A DNA stretch of 62,674 nt, filler included. It is 16 parts of 16 records of this genome, joined end to end, with 100 filler letters (N's around TTAATTAATTAA, not from the genome) between each part and the next. Parts side by side here need not be neighbours in the genome. Positions count along the whole stretch, not along the records: positions 1 to 2,098 come from SRR16133337_73981; positions 2,199 to 7,795 come from SRR16133337_74007; positions 7,896 to 14,247 come from SRR16133337_74132; 13 more parts are not named here. One strand, given 5' to 3'. The translations under genes and the position numbers were made by a program. Below, one piece after another: positions 1-10,843 of the stretch. Below the pieces are notes generated by a model. That model had not been told where the DNA came from and made no database searches. It saw only the letters and a program-made list of their open reading frames with translations. The first letter of the stretch is position 1. Each line of letters opens with the position of its first letter.

Positions 1-949
1 CCGTGATGACATGTCAAAAATGTCGGAACGCATAACTCTGCAAGTAGTGGAGCAATGGCGCTAAAAATAGTTTTCCCATCTTAGTTACACCAGGAAGTAC
101 CACCAGCTCTAATATGGGCTCTCGAGGACGCATGTGGATGTGATTTGCATGAAGCAAGGCAAATTCTCCCCAAAAAATATATCGTTCAGTGTCTGGTAGA
201 CTGCAGTCAATTAGTGCAACACCCGATGCGTCTACACTAGTGTTCATAAGCCAGAAGGACACAATCAAAGTCCGAAAGCAAAAAATACACGGTGTGGTGC
301 CACCAAATGTTTCTAGTTTGGCAACTATTGGACTGCTTCTACAACGTCATAGTTCGCTTAAGAACGTCCCTACGATTACATACTTCACTGATAGGTTCTG
401 GGTCATCTGTACTTGTTGCTCCGCTCTGGGATTCTTGTTTGGCGATATTAATTACCTTTTCGAGCTATTACATGTCACACGTGTTACCTACCATGTGTAA
501 ACACGAACCCGAAATACAGTACCTGTAGTTCTTCATGGTTCAGAAACAAACAGCAATCTATTGACGCGGCATGTTGCCAGCAATAGGCTGAGAAACAGTT
601 TGAACATGTTATGTAGATCTCTTGTTTGCAACCAACTTCTTGGCATGGTTGGTCCTCCTTCTTCATTTTTGTATATATGTTTCAGATATGGGATTTGAAA
701 GGCGAGGTGGTTTACTTATGCGTGTGAAAGTCCTACAAACAGAACATTTGTTCTGCGTAGCTTGCCTTAAACATGTTATCCTTGTGGTCGGACTTACACC
801 ATATCTCTGATTGGACTGCAGTAGCCCCAATTTTGCCTGCAGTCCAGCAACGACGACTCAAAGGTAACGGACCGCTACCATACCAAATTGCCAGGGATTA
901 TGCACATTCGACCGACGACGTCATGTAGCGCGTTCATGCGCCTTATTTG

Positions 950-1830
950 TGTCAATCAAATATACACCTTCATGATAGTCATGTCAATGGTGGTCGCTGG
1001 GGATTGACCTGTGATGTCAGTACTCCAAGAAATAAGGTAGCAGCAATGACACACCTCAATTCTATTTTTCTCACATACGAACTTTTTGAACCCATGTGCT
1101 CGGGAACTTTTTCATAGCCGGTTATAGCGTACAGTACATATATCAAGAGATTTTGCACCACCTCGAGAGCTCCATTCTTGTTAAAATCAAATATTAATGT
1201 TCATGGTTGTCACGTCTTGGGGTGGTCGCAGTGGGACGCCTTTACGACGACTACCACGTGCCTTGACTACCGCAAACATGAACGTGGTGGCATCCAAGTA
1301 TGGCTGATATTTTGCACATGTATTCCATGTTCTAAGGGAATTAGTTGATGCCAAACGTTTAAACATATCAACACGAGATGGGTGTGCTCCAAGAGCACAG
1401 TTCGCGTCGAAAGTGCAAATGTAATATTCAAGGTGGTCACGTGTTGGGGTAGTCGGCATGGCACACTATCACTGCAAGTACCCCGCAACATGACCACACC
1501 AAAAATGAGATTGACATCCAACTATGGCTGTTATTTATCACACGTATGACAGTGTTTGAAGCGATTTGCTCCCCACATAACAGTTAAACATATCAAGAGA
1601 GGATAGTTTTGCTCCAAAAGCACGTTCATGTTTAACTGAATTGCAAGTATTCATGGTAGTAACGTCGTGGGGGAGTTATCGTGGCACAATATCACGGCGC
1701 CTACCCGTGACGCGACTACCCCAAAGATTGACCTGGATGACATCCAACCATGCCTTGCATTTTGCATACGTAAACAATTGGCAAAGCGATTTACTTCCCG
1801 CAAAAAGGTTCAACATACTTCAAATTACAA
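950..1830. repeat. Degenerate ~225-bp tandem repeat, about 4 units
   Basis: CATCCAA at 1291, 1516, 1741; AACATATCAA-like at ~1137, 1362, 1587, 1812; TTCA(T/A)GGT-GT-ACGT-like at ~969, 1200, 1427, 1650. Confidence 0.75.
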
Positions 1831-2098
1831 AATAGTTTGTATGGTCGCATGGCACCCATAACCCACATGCGACCATACATACTATTTTGTAATTTGAAGT
1901 ACACGTTGTCGCTGAGGCCCGAGGGAATGTTAGCTGTAACGCACGTGTTGGAACATGTGGGATTTCTAAAAAAGATACTACCTCCCTTCACCAAACGAAC
2001 CTGTTGCTGTTTTTTGCTTTCTTTGATGCCAATCTTTGCGTCATAGTGTTTGTGGTACCAGTACTGGAAAGGGTGTGCATCCACCAAAATGACGGTCC

Positions 2099-2198
2099 NN
2101 NNNNNNNNNNNNNNNNNNNNNNNNNNNNNNNNNNNNNNNNNNTTAATTAATTAANNNNNNNNNNNNNNNNNNNNNNNNNNNNNNNNNNNNNNNNNNNN
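2099..2198. other. Artificial contig spacer (N44-TTAATTAATTAA-N44); also at 7796, 14248, 18892, 23077, 29645, 31858, 35922, 38113, 40248, 46759, 52117, 55392, 57750, 60491 (100 bp each)
   Basis: Identical 100-bp block 15 times; the core puts stops in all six frames; genes are cut at these points. Confidence 0.99.
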
Positions 2199-2225
2199 TT
2201 CGGGTTTCTAACTGGACGGAGTATA
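2199..2225 (-). repeat. MITE-like terminal repeat (TATACTCCG-N-TTAGAAACC family) at contig start
   Basis: TTCGGGTTTCTAACTGGACGGAGTATA; matches copies at 23012, 52217 and the reverse complement at 55365. Confidence 0.8.
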
Positions 2226-2262
2226 AAACTCGATTAAAGTGTAAAAGTTTCAAATATTCGAT

Positions 2263-2270
2263 TAAATTTG
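2263..2270 (+). promoter_or_regulatory. Bacteroidota -7 promoter element for rmuC
   Basis: TAAATTTG fits TAnnTTTG, ~57 bp upstream of the ATG. Confidence 0.5.
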
Positions 2271-2327
2271 TATTTGGTTTTTGAACGTCCTAAAGAAACT
2301 AATTTATAAGCTTTCAAATAAAAAAAC

Positions 2328-3749
2328 ATGCTAAACCCTTTTCTTATTTTTATAGGCATTCTTATCTTATTAGCCCTAGGTTTTTTTGTAGGCAAGTTGA
2401 TTTCTAAACTTACTTTTGAAAAACAACAAGCTGGATCTGAAGAAAGAAATGCCTTATTAGGACAACAATTTTCAGAATTTAAAAATACCGTAGAAAACGA
2501 AAAAAAAAATACAGAACAAAACATCAGACAATTGCAACAAATGGATGAGAGTTTTAAAAAGGAAGCACAAGAAAAACTAGAAAAACTAAGAGCTTCTAAA
2601 AATATAGAATTGGAAGAACTCAGAACTCAAAAAAACAACTTAGCAATTGAATTGACTAGAAAAGAAGTGACTCTTAAAAATAGTCAAGAAAATTTAAAAA
2701 AAAACAAAGATGAAGTTGAGAAACTACAAGAAAAATTTACCAAAGAATTTGAAAACCTTGCCCATAAAATATTAGATGAAAAATCATCGAAGTTTACGAA
2801 ACAAAATAAAGAAAACATCCAACAAATTTTAACGCCTTTACAGGAAAAAATTCAAATTTTTGAACGCAAAGTCGAAGATACTAACAAAGAAAGTATTGGA
2901 CGGCACTCTGCGTTAAATCAACAAATAAATAGTTTGAAAGATTTGAATTTACAAATGAGTAAGGAAGCCATCAACCTCACGAAAGCTTTGAAAGGTGACA
3001 GTAAAACTCAAGGAAACTGGGGAGAATTGATTTTAGAACGTGTTCTTGAAAAATCGGGTTTGGAAAAAGGTCGTGAATATGATTTGGAAAAAAGTTTTTC
3101 CGTAGATCAAGAAAACAAAACCCGTTTACGTCCAGATGTTATCATCAACCTACCAAACAACCGTAAAATGGTCATCGATTCTAAAGTATCTTTAACCGCC
3201 TACGAAAAGTATGTAAATACCGATTCGGAAAAAGATAAAAAACGCTTCTTAAAAGAGCATGCAAACTCTTTACAACGACATGTAGATCAATTGAGTGCGA
3301 AGAAATACGAAGACTTATATCAAATGGAATCTCCTGATTTTGTTTTGTTATTTATTCCTATTGAACCTGCTTTTGCCATTGCTTCAGAAGTCGACAATCT
3401 TTTATACAATAAAGCTTTTGAAAAAAATATTGTCATGGTTACTCCTACGACCCTATTAGCTACCTTACGTACTATTGATAGCATGTGGCAGAATGAAAAA
3501 CAAAAAAAAAATGCCCTAGAAATTGCAAGACAAGCGGGAGCTTTGTACGATAAATTTGAAGGGTTTTACCAAGATCTCCTAAAAATAGGAAGTAAAATGG
3601 ATGACGCAAAAAGTGCTTATGGAACTGCGATAAACAAATTACATCATGGTAAAGGAAATTTAATCATCAGTGTTGAAAAGATAAAAAAATTAGGGGCAAA
3701 AGCTAAAAAATCTTTGCCTGCATCTAGTATAGAACATGCCAAAGAATAA
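2328..3749 (+). CDS. rmuC: DNA recombination protein RmuC
   Basis: N-terminal TM anchor, coiled coil, motifs QGNWGE, RPDVII, IDSKVS, FVLLFIPIE, TPTTL. Confidence 0.95.
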   Translation: MLNPFLIFIGILILLALGFFVGKLISKLTFEKQQAGSEERNALLGQQFSEFKNTVENEKKNTEQNIRQLQQMDESFKKEAQEKLEKLRASKNIELEELRTQKNNLAIELTRKEVTLKNSQENLKKNKDEVEKLQEKFTKEFENLAHKILDEKSSKFTKQNKENIQQILTPLQEKIQIFERKVEDTNKESIGRHSALNQQINSLKDLNLQMSKEAINLTKALKGDSKTQGNWGELILERVLEKSGLEKGREYDLEKSFSVDQENKTRLRPDVIINLPNNRKMVIDSKVSLTAYEKYVNTDSEKDKKRFLKEHANSLQRHVDQLSAKKYEDLYQMESPDFVLLFIPIEPAFAIASEVDNLLYNKAFEKNIVMVTPTTLLATLRTIDSMWQNEKQKKNALEIARQAGALYDKFEGFYQDLLKIGSKMDDAKSAYGTAINKLHHGKGNLIISVEKIKKLGAKAKKSLPASSIEHAKE

Positions 3750-5187
3750 TCTTATACCCGTTCTTAGCAACCATAACAGGTCATTTTCGAGCTCTAAGCT
3801 AAAAAATCATCTGCTATTTATTGCTATAAGTCTCGTGGTATTTGTATTTTCTTTAAAGGAAGGTTTTTTTTGGGACAATATTACTTTTGGATCTAAAATG
3901 GGAAGTCATTTGTATGAAAATGGTTTATTTGCCTTCGATTTTCCAGATACTTTTGACCCAGGACATCCCCCATTTTTAGCTTTTATACAAGCTTTGGGAT
4001 GGAAACTTTTAGGCAAATCATTATTTATAAGTCATTTGATGATGCTTCCTTTTGTATACGGTTTGTTTATACAACTTCATATTTTTATAAAGCACTATAT
4101 AAAGGATCGGGATCTAAGGTTATTTGCTCTAATTTTCTTATTGGCAGATCCAACTTTGGCGGCTCAATTTGTGTTAATTAGTCCCGAAATCATTCAATTA
4201 TTTTTCTTTTTTTTAGCCATCAATAGCCTTTTAAAGAAACAATATTTATTAAAAACAATCGGTTTTTTTTTTCTAGGGATTGTCACCTACCGAGGAATGA
4301 TGTTATTCGCAGGGGTATTTCTTTTCGATTTTTTACGCCATATGGGGCTTCAAAAAAAGAATCTCTCGCTATTTTTATCTAAAAAGAATATGCTTAGCTA
4401 CACAATAGGTGTTCTTCCTGCATTTGCTTTTATTACTTGGCGACTAACAGGAAAAGGCTGGTTACAAACCCACCCTAACTCCCCTTGGGAAACTTTGTGG
4501 CATTTTGCGAATTTCAATGAATTTTTGAGAAATCTACTCGTACTCGGACATCGGTATACAGATTTTGGAAGGATAGGTCTCTTTGCATGCCTCCTCTATC
4601 TTTTTATCACAAACAGAGCCGTGTTTTTTAAACCTAAAAACAAAGAACTTCTATTGTTAGGAGTAACTTCTGTTTTTGGAATCGTTATCGTAAGCTTATT
4701 GGCGGTTAATCCGTTTGGTCATCGGTATTTTATAGCTTCTTATTTGGCTTTTGCACTACTTACTTTTCTCTTAATTCCATCCTTTACTAAATACAAAAAA
4801 AGAATATATGTCCTACTTCTTGGAATCTTAATTAGCGGTAATTTTTGGGTGTATCCTGAAAGAATGTCACAAGGTTGGGATGCTTCTTTGGCTCATATGC
4901 CCTATTTTGATTTGCGTTCGGAAGCAATCCAATATTTAGATTTAAAAAAAATTCCTATTGAAAATGTGGCAACTTTTTTCCCCAATGGAGGTAAAATAGA
5001 TACGGTTGATTTAAGTGAAGATGATAGAGCCTTCTCCTATTTTTTTACAGGAGAAGAACCCTATGTGTTCTATTCTAACGTGTATAATTTGGAAGACAGA
5101 GAATATGATTTGTTAGAAACGAATTATATCTTATTAAAAAAATTTACCTCAGGAAAAATTCGGATTGAAATCTTAAAGCATCAATAA
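3736..5187 (+). CDS. Polytopic membrane protein, probable GT-C fold (ArnT/PMT-like) glycosyltransferase
   Basis: Many TM segments; FFWD after TM1 and a GHPP motif resembling the GT-C first loop; overlaps the rmuC stop. Confidence 0.55.
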   Translation: MPKNNLIPVLSNHNRSFSSSKLKNHLLFIAISLVVFVFSLKEGFFWDNITFGSKMGSHLYENGLFAFDFPDTFDPGHPPFLAFIQALGWKLLGKSLFISHLMMLPFVYGLFIQLHIFIKHYIKDRDLRLFALIFLLADPTLAAQFVLISPEIIQLFFFFLAINSLLKKQYLLKTIGFFFLGIVTYRGMMLFAGVFLFDFLRHMGLQKKNLSLFLSKKNMLSYTIGVLPAFAFITWRLTGKGWLQTHPNSPWETLWHFANFNEFLRNLLVLGHRYTDFGRIGLFACLLYLFITNRAVFFKPKNKELLLLGVTSVFGIVIVSLLAVNPFGHRYFIASYLAFALLTFLLIPSFTKYKKRIYVLLLGILISGNFWVYPERMSQGWDASLAHMPYFDLRSEAIQYLDLKKIPIENVATFFPNGGKIDTVDLSEDDRAFSYFFTGEEPYVFYSNVYNLEDREYDLLETNYILLKKFTSGKIRIEILKHQ

Positions 5188-5355
5188 AAAAACTCCTTGA
5201 CAAGCTACCATGTGCAACGGTATTATAAGGTAGCGAAATTACCATCAAATGCAAAGAGCTAAAGATTTTTATTTTTAAAGATTAGGAAGGCTACTTTTTT
5301 CTGGTGTCTTTTGCCAAATTTCTATTTCCTTTGATCCTTTGCAACGGATTTGGTT

Positions 5356-6138
5356 TTAAAAATCTTTTCTTTTAGATTTTGTAAGGATTCTGTAAGAAGG
5401 TAAAATTACCCATAATAGTAAAATGGAAATCGCTAAAATCATTCCCAAATGAGTTCCAAAAAACTTTTGAAATACAGCTCCTGTATATCCTAATAAAACA
5501 GAAATATCGAGTTTTAATAGAATTAAAATTCTGGATAAATCTATAGGATTAAACATCGTCGCAAATAACGAAAATTGATCTAATGGATATTCTCGAAAAA
5601 CGATCAATGAAATTAAAAATAACCCATCATAAATTACAGCAAAAAATAGCCATAATAGAATTGCATATCCAAATCCTTTAATTTTATTTTCGTTAGACAA
5701 AGCAATGTTAAACGCCAAGGCAACAAAAATAAAGGTTAAAAAAGTTCCCACCAAAAGCAAGGAAATAAAATTGAAAATGGTACTAGATTGTATAACTCCA
5801 TAAGCCAAAAAAGGAATTCCTAATCCTAAGACGAAACTTAGTGACAGGGATAAAGAAACTCCTATATATTGTCCTAAAAAGATCGTTGTTCTTTTTAAGG
5901 GTTGTGCTAATAAAAGCTCTGTAAATTCTCGAGAGCTATAAAAATACATAATTCCAAAAATGGTTCCTATAAGCGGTGTTAAAACGACAATGATATTCAT
6001 TAAGGTAATGACTGCTTTAGAGGTGTCATTATTCAAAAAAAGGAGTACAAAACCTATCAGTAAATAGAAAACAAAATAGACATAACTCCATCTACTACGC
6101 ATCAAGTCAAAAAAACTGTATTTTAATATTTTAAGCAT
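5356..6138 (-). CDS. nosY: NosY-type ABC permease (N2O reductase maturation)
   Basis: Six-TM permease with ELLLAQPL and NPIDLSR; directly downstream of nosD-nosF. Confidence 0.88.
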   Translation of the reverse strand: MLKILKYSFFDLMRSRWSYVYFVFYLLIGFVLLFLNNDTSKAVITLMNIIVVLTPLIGTIFGIMYFYSSREFTELLLAQPLKRTTIFLGQYIGVSLSLSLSFVLGLGIPFLAYGVIQSSTIFNFISLLLVGTFLTFIFVALAFNIALSNENKIKGFGYAILLWLFFAVIYDGLFLISLIVFREYPLDQFSLFATMFNPIDLSRILILLKLDISVLLGYTGAVFQKFFGTHLGMILAISILLLWVILPSYRILTKSKRKDF

Positions 6139-6838
6139 TTTCTGTAGTTAAAATGGTGGCGATAGCGTGTTCTAAATCTGTTTGGTTGGTTTGTTCTTTT
6201 AATTCGCTTACTTTTCCTTTAAAATAGATTTTCCCATCTAAAAGGAAGACAATTTCGTCTGCTACTTCTTCTACGAAACTCATAATGTGAGAAGTTATCA
6301 AAATGGTTTTTCCTTTTTCTTTTTCTGATTGAATAATTTCTTTTAAATGAATTAACGAAATAGGATCTAAACCAACAGTTGGTTCATCAAGAATTATTAA
6401 ATCGCTATCAAACATAAAGGCGACTACTAAATTTACTTTTTGACGTGTACCTCCAGATAAATTTCCAATTTTTTGTTTTAAAAAAGGAGGCAACCCAAAT
6501 AATTCTATCAAATGCGTATCGTTTGCTGTTTTTACACGGATGTCTTTAATCATCTGTATCAACTCTATAACAGTAAGGTTTGCAGGAAAATTAGCGGTTT
6601 GCGGTAAATAATTTATATGGTTTCGATAGGTGTATTTTTTTAAAATATTTTTATTTTGAATTTTAAGGGTTCCTTTATCGGGGATCACCATTCCTAAAAT
6701 ACTTTTAATTAGCGTTGTTTTTCCAGATCCATTAGGTCCTAAAATAGCAAAAATTCCACCAGATTTAATCTCTAAATTCAATCTTTTTAAAACCGAAACT
6801 TTTCCAAATTTTTTATATAAATTTTCTATCTGTATCAT
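6131..6838 (-). CDS. nosF: NosF-type ABC ATP-binding protein
   Basis: GPNGSGKT, LSGG, ILDEP, ITSH; lies between nosD and nosY with overlapping stop/start. Confidence 0.88.
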   Translation of the reverse strand: MIQIENLYKKFGKVSVLKRLNLEIKSGGIFAILGPNGSGKTTLIKSILGMVIPDKGTLKIQNKNILKKYTYRNHINYLPQTANFPANLTVIELIQMIKDIRVKTANDTHLIELFGLPPFLKQKIGNLSGGTRQKVNLVVAFMFDSDLIILDEPTVGLDPISLIHLKEIIQSEKEKGKTILITSHIMSFVEEVADEIVFLLDGKIYFKGKVSELKEQTNQTDLEHAIATILTTENA

Positions 6839-7795
6839 TCTATATTTTTCATAAAGGGATATTTATCTACTAAATTATCTGGCGTAAATGCGGGAGCTAC
6901 TTTTTCTGAGAAATTAATAATATCTACAAACAAGCTTCTTAATAAAACAATGGCTTCTGGCGTTTTATTGACCACATAGGAAAATAGCTTTACAGGTCTG
7001 TAAGGCACATCGCCAATTCCGTTTTTATCTAAATCATAACCGGTATAAGAACTCCAATAATTGTGATTAAAGTTATTATCGTTTAATTTGCTATGGTAAG
7101 AAATATCAAAAGAATTATTTAAAAAATTATTTTGAAAGAATTTATTGGTATAACAAGCTCCTGCAATTTTGAGTGCCCAACCATTTCTAATAAAATTGTT
7201 TTTAGAATAATTAATTCTGGTAGATCCTTCTATATTGATTCCTATTGTATTTTCTTCAAAAGTATTGTGATTAATTTCTGCGTCATAAATTTCTTTTAAT
7301 AATAACCCGTAAGAAGCTGTCCCCCAGTTTTTTACAAATGTATTTTTTGTCATTTTGATAAATTTTGAAAACATAACAGCCACTCCAGAGCCATTATTTC
7401 TAAAGGTATTATTATGGTATTCATCATGATTAGAAAACATAAAATGCAAGCCATATCTTAAATTGTCATAACTTGTATTATGAATGACTTTACTATGGGT
7501 TACAAATTCGAAATAAATACCGTCACGTAAATTATGGACTTTGTTATTTTCAAGGAGCATATGAGAACTGTGCCATAGATGAATTCCATTTCCAGAACTA
7601 GCTTCTTCTTTAGCATTGCTAGAAATATGATTGTTTTTTAGAATTCCGTATTTAGATTTTTCTATGAGAATTCCAAAAAAAACCGTTTTTAATCGAACAT
7701 TCGTAATTTTAAAATGGTTACTTCTCGAAATATAGATGGCCGCATAATCTTTGGTATAACTACTTCCTACATTTTTTAGAGTCATTCCATTTATG
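6835..7795 (-). CDS. nosD: NosD beta-helix maturation protein, 5'-truncated at contig end
   Basis: GNGIHLW, RDGIY, LRYGLHFMFS, NYWSSYTGYDLDKNGIGDVPY; frame stays open to the contig end. Confidence 0.93.
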
Positions 7796-7920
7796 NNNNN
7801 NNNNNNNNNNNNNNNNNNNNNNNNNNNNNNNNNNNNNNNTTAATTAATTAANNNNNNNNNNNNNNNNNNNNNNNNNNNNNNNNNNNNNNNNNNNNCAGGC
7901 TCTGTCGAAGGGTTAGAAAC

Positions 7921-7951
7921 AAAAAGAACCACCCAAAAATTTTCGGGTGGT
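7921..7951 (-). terminator. Probable intrinsic terminator of the susC-susD-lipoprotein operon
   Basis: ACCACCC...GGGTGGT stem followed by TCTTTTT on the minus strand, ~25 bp after the stop. Confidence 0.55.
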
Positions 7952-7974
7952 CATTTAAGTGGGGGGCATAATTA

Positions 7975-9285
7975 TTATGGTTTTTCGTCATTGTAAAGTT
8001 CCGTGACTTCTGATGCTGTTAAAGCCACATCAAATACTCTAAAGTCATCTAACTGACCTTTAAAGGTGTCTTCTGTTCTATCTTTAAAAATCAACCAATC
8101 AGTGGCTTTATTCGTAGTACTGCCTGCAAAACCGAAAGTAAGGGTGGTTTCAATCAGAGCTTCAACTCCTACATCGTAAATCCCCATATCATTAAAACGT
8201 ATCTCTTCTCTATTCTCATCATCCGCATAATAAGCTTCTGTATGTGCATCAAGCTTTTCTTGAAAGATCATTGCTCCATCCACATATAAAGTTTTTAACG
8301 GTGCATCTGCATCTACAGAAATAATTACCTGATGCCATGCATCATCAGCAATCAAATCCTCTACGGCTCCTTCATAATCTTTTAGGATTTTATGATTGGG
8401 CCATTCAGAACTTCCCAACACTCCAGTAACTTTTGTCCAAGACGTATGGTTACCAACATCCGACGTTATAATATGGCTTGTCGGATATTGTATCGCAAAA
8501 TTACCTTCTGAACTTTTACTGATATCAAGGAAATACCCATATTGTCCTGCTACTCCATAGACAAAACGATTGCTGTCTGAAGTATAATCGTCCTTGTTTG
8601 TTTTAAGCCAGATAGAAAAGGTCATACTTCTCGAAATTAGGGGTTCGTCTGATGCTACTTCAATCACATCACCATCTTCCATAAAGTTAGAGGCACTTGC
8701 TGGTCGTCCATGTCTATCTTCACTAAAAGAAACGGAACCATGAATTGTTGGTGTAAATGTTCCGACACTCGCATCAGCGTTGTTATCAAATTTGAAATAG
8801 GCAATTTGATGGCCTTCTTGAGGAGGTGTTACTTTTCCAACACCCTCTGTATTAAAGATCCGAGAAATTGGAGTCAAATTTTCATCATCCTCTGTGGCTA
8901 TGGAGCCGCTGAGATTAAGTGTATAGTCTGTTCCTTCGTCAAATTCATTATCAGGTGTTATCGTTACTATGGCTCCTGATACGGATACGGTGGTCTCCAG
9001 GGTCGTTTCATCAATCATTATACTTATGTTAGATGTTACTGTGCTAGGATCAACCTCTCTAGAGAAGGTAATTGTGATGATTGCATTTAGCGGTACCTCT
9101 TGAGCTGCAGTAGCTCCGTTTAAGTCTGCTGTTGTTTCTGTTCCTGCTAAATCTGTTCCACTTGCTTCTATGCTAACCACTGTTAGTAGTTCAATCTCAT
9201 CGTCTTCACTACAACTTGTAAAGAAAATGAACCCGCCTATTACTAGGGCGGTTACTGTCATAAAAAATTTGCTGATTTTTCTCAT
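7975..9285 (-). CDS. Surface lipoprotein with Ig-like (Big_5) and LamG/ConA-like domains; probable glycan-binding protein
   Basis: Lipobox FTSC; ITITFSREVDP...YTLNL Ig-like pattern; WHQV...LYVDG...FKGQLDDFRVFDVALTASEV LamG pattern; follows susD. Confidence 0.8.
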   Translation of the reverse strand: MRKISKFFMTVTALVIGGFIFFTSCSEDDEIELLTVVSIEASGTDLAGTETTADLNGATAAQEVPLNAIITITFSREVDPSTVTSNISIMIDETTLETTVSVSGAIVTITPDNEFDEGTDYTLNLSGSIATEDDENLTPISRIFNTEGVGKVTPPQEGHQIAYFKFDNNADASVGTFTPTIHGSVSFSEDRHGRPASASNFMEDGDVIEVASDEPLISRSMTFSIWLKTNKDDYTSDSNRFVYGVAGQYGYFLDISKSSEGNFAIQYPTSHIITSDVGNHTSWTKVTGVLGSSEWPNHKILKDYEGAVEDLIADDAWHQVIISVDADAPLKTLYVDGAMIFQEKLDAHTEAYYADDENREEIRFNDMGIYDVGVEALIETTLTFGFAGSTTNKATDWLIFKDRTEDTFKGQLDDFRVFDVALTASEVTELYNDEKP

Positions 9286-9344
9286 TTTAATTAAATTATT
9301 ATTATTGACTTTATTCCTTGTTTTGGAATATTTTTTTAGAAAGT

Positions 9345-10838
9345 TTAGTATCCTGGGTTTTGGGTAATCAGACCTTCTGAGTTGTCTATCTCTGATTGTG
9401 GAATGGGGAAAACTTCGTTTTTGTTAGAAGTAAATCCCAAGGATCCCAGTACGGAACTTGCTCTTCCAGTGCGTACCAAGTCCCAGAAACGTTGTCCTTC
9501 AAAAGCCAATTCAAACCTTCTTTCTTCTAGGATGGCCTCTCTGAGTACGGATTGATCTGTGGTACTTATATCCTCTAGAATAGTGGTGTCTCCTTGACGT
9601 GCTCTCTCTCTTACCTGATTCAAATAGGGTAGTGCTTGTGAAGGATTTCCGTTTTCATTCAACGCTTCGGCGGCTATTAACAAGATGTCTGCATACCTAA
9701 GGATACGACGATTGTAGCCCCATGGTGCAGGATCGGGTCCTGGCATCCATACTTTTTCGTTGTAACATTCAATTTCGATGGTGTTTCCGTCATTGTCTAA
9801 GGTAGTATCTGGAGTTGCTTCATCTCCTAGAATTAATTCCCCGTCTTTTACTTCATTCAGAAATAGGATGAAGGCTTCCTTTCTAGGGTCTTCATCAAAG
9901 GATTGGAGGATGTTGTAAGAAGGTCTTCCAAAACCCCATCCTTTATTTGGATCGCTACGTACCCCCTGTGTAATGGCAAATTGATTTCCCGAAGTACCTG
10001 AAACATCAAAACTATCTTCTGGTAAGGCTCCCACTTCAAAGATGGATTCTATACCAAATTCACTTTGTTCTGTGAAGAGGTTATTTAAATCGGGTTCGAG
10101 ATTGTATTGACCTGAGTTGATCACTTCTAGAGCATATTTTTCTGCATTTACAAAATCACCTGTAAACAGATAACATTTTGCCAATAGTGACTTGGCAGCC
10201 CCTTTTGTAGCACGTCCCAAATCCTCTGAATTGTAGTCAGACTTCACAGGAAGGTTTTCCATAGCGAATGTCAAATCTTGAAATACAACTTCCTTCCAAA
10301 TGGTTGTTGCTGGTGAGCGAGTTTTAATACTGGAAGGATCTACATCGGAGGTCAACCGCAATGGAACATCACCCCACACTCGTAGTAAGATAGAATAGTA
10401 GTAAGCTCTTAAAAAACGTGCTTCTGCTTCTATCCTTAGTTTTAAATCGTTATCCATTTCAATGGCAGGCACACTTTCAATTACAAGGTTTGACTTTCGT
10501 ATGGCTTCGTATAAGGTTTCCCACCATCCTCTGATAAGACTTTGATTTGCATCATAGGTAAAATCATTGAATTCATTCACAGAAATTATATCACTTGGAT
10601 TACTTCCTTTTGTCTCATCATCAGACATGATATCTAATAATGGATAACCGCCAAAGATTTGCCATACACGGAGCATGTTATAAGCTCCATTTACAGCCCA
10701 AATTGCGTCTGCCTCGGTTGATGGAAAGGTTCCTTCGGTAAGTTTTCCTAAAGGAGGTCTGTCTAAGAAATCTTCATTGCAAGAATAGGTTGTGAAAATG
10801 AGTATGAATAGTAGTCGTGTATAGATTGATATTTTCAT
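9345..10838 (-). CDS. susD: SusD/RagB family lipoprotein
   Basis: Lipobox YSC; AEARFLRAYYY, WGDVP, GRATKGAA, RYADILL, ERRFELAFEGQRFWDLVR, QNPGY. Confidence 0.95.
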   Translation of the reverse strand: MKISIYTRLLFILIFTTYSCNEDFLDRPPLGKLTEGTFPSTEADAIWAVNGAYNMLRVWQIFGGYPLLDIMSDDETKGSNPSDIISVNEFNDFTYDANQSLIRGWWETLYEAIRKSNLVIESVPAIEMDNDLKLRIEAEARFLRAYYYSILLRVWGDVPLRLTSDVDPSSIKTRSPATTIWKEVVFQDLTFAMENLPVKSDYNSEDLGRATKGAAKSLLAKCYLFTGDFVNAEKYALEVINSGQYNLEPDLNNLFTEQSEFGIESIFEVGALPEDSFDVSGTSGNQFAITQGVRSDPNKGWGFGRPSYNILQSFDEDPRKEAFILFLNEVKDGELILGDEATPDTTLDNDGNTIEIECYNEKVWMPGPDPAPWGYNRRILRYADILLIAAEALNENGNPSQALPYLNQVRERARQGDTTILEDISTTDQSVLREAILEERRFELAFEGQRFWDLVRTGRASSVLGSLGFTSNKNEVFPIPQSEIDNSEGLITQNPGY

Positions 10839-10843
10839 GGTTA

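Noticed and set aside
950-1830. CRISPR array
   Set aside because: No identical 25-45 bp repeats with unique spacers here or anywhere else in the window; no cas genes
2143-2154. TTAATTAATTAA recurring 15 times as a possible biological repeat
   Set aside because: Always centred in N44 flanks; it is an assembly joining linker
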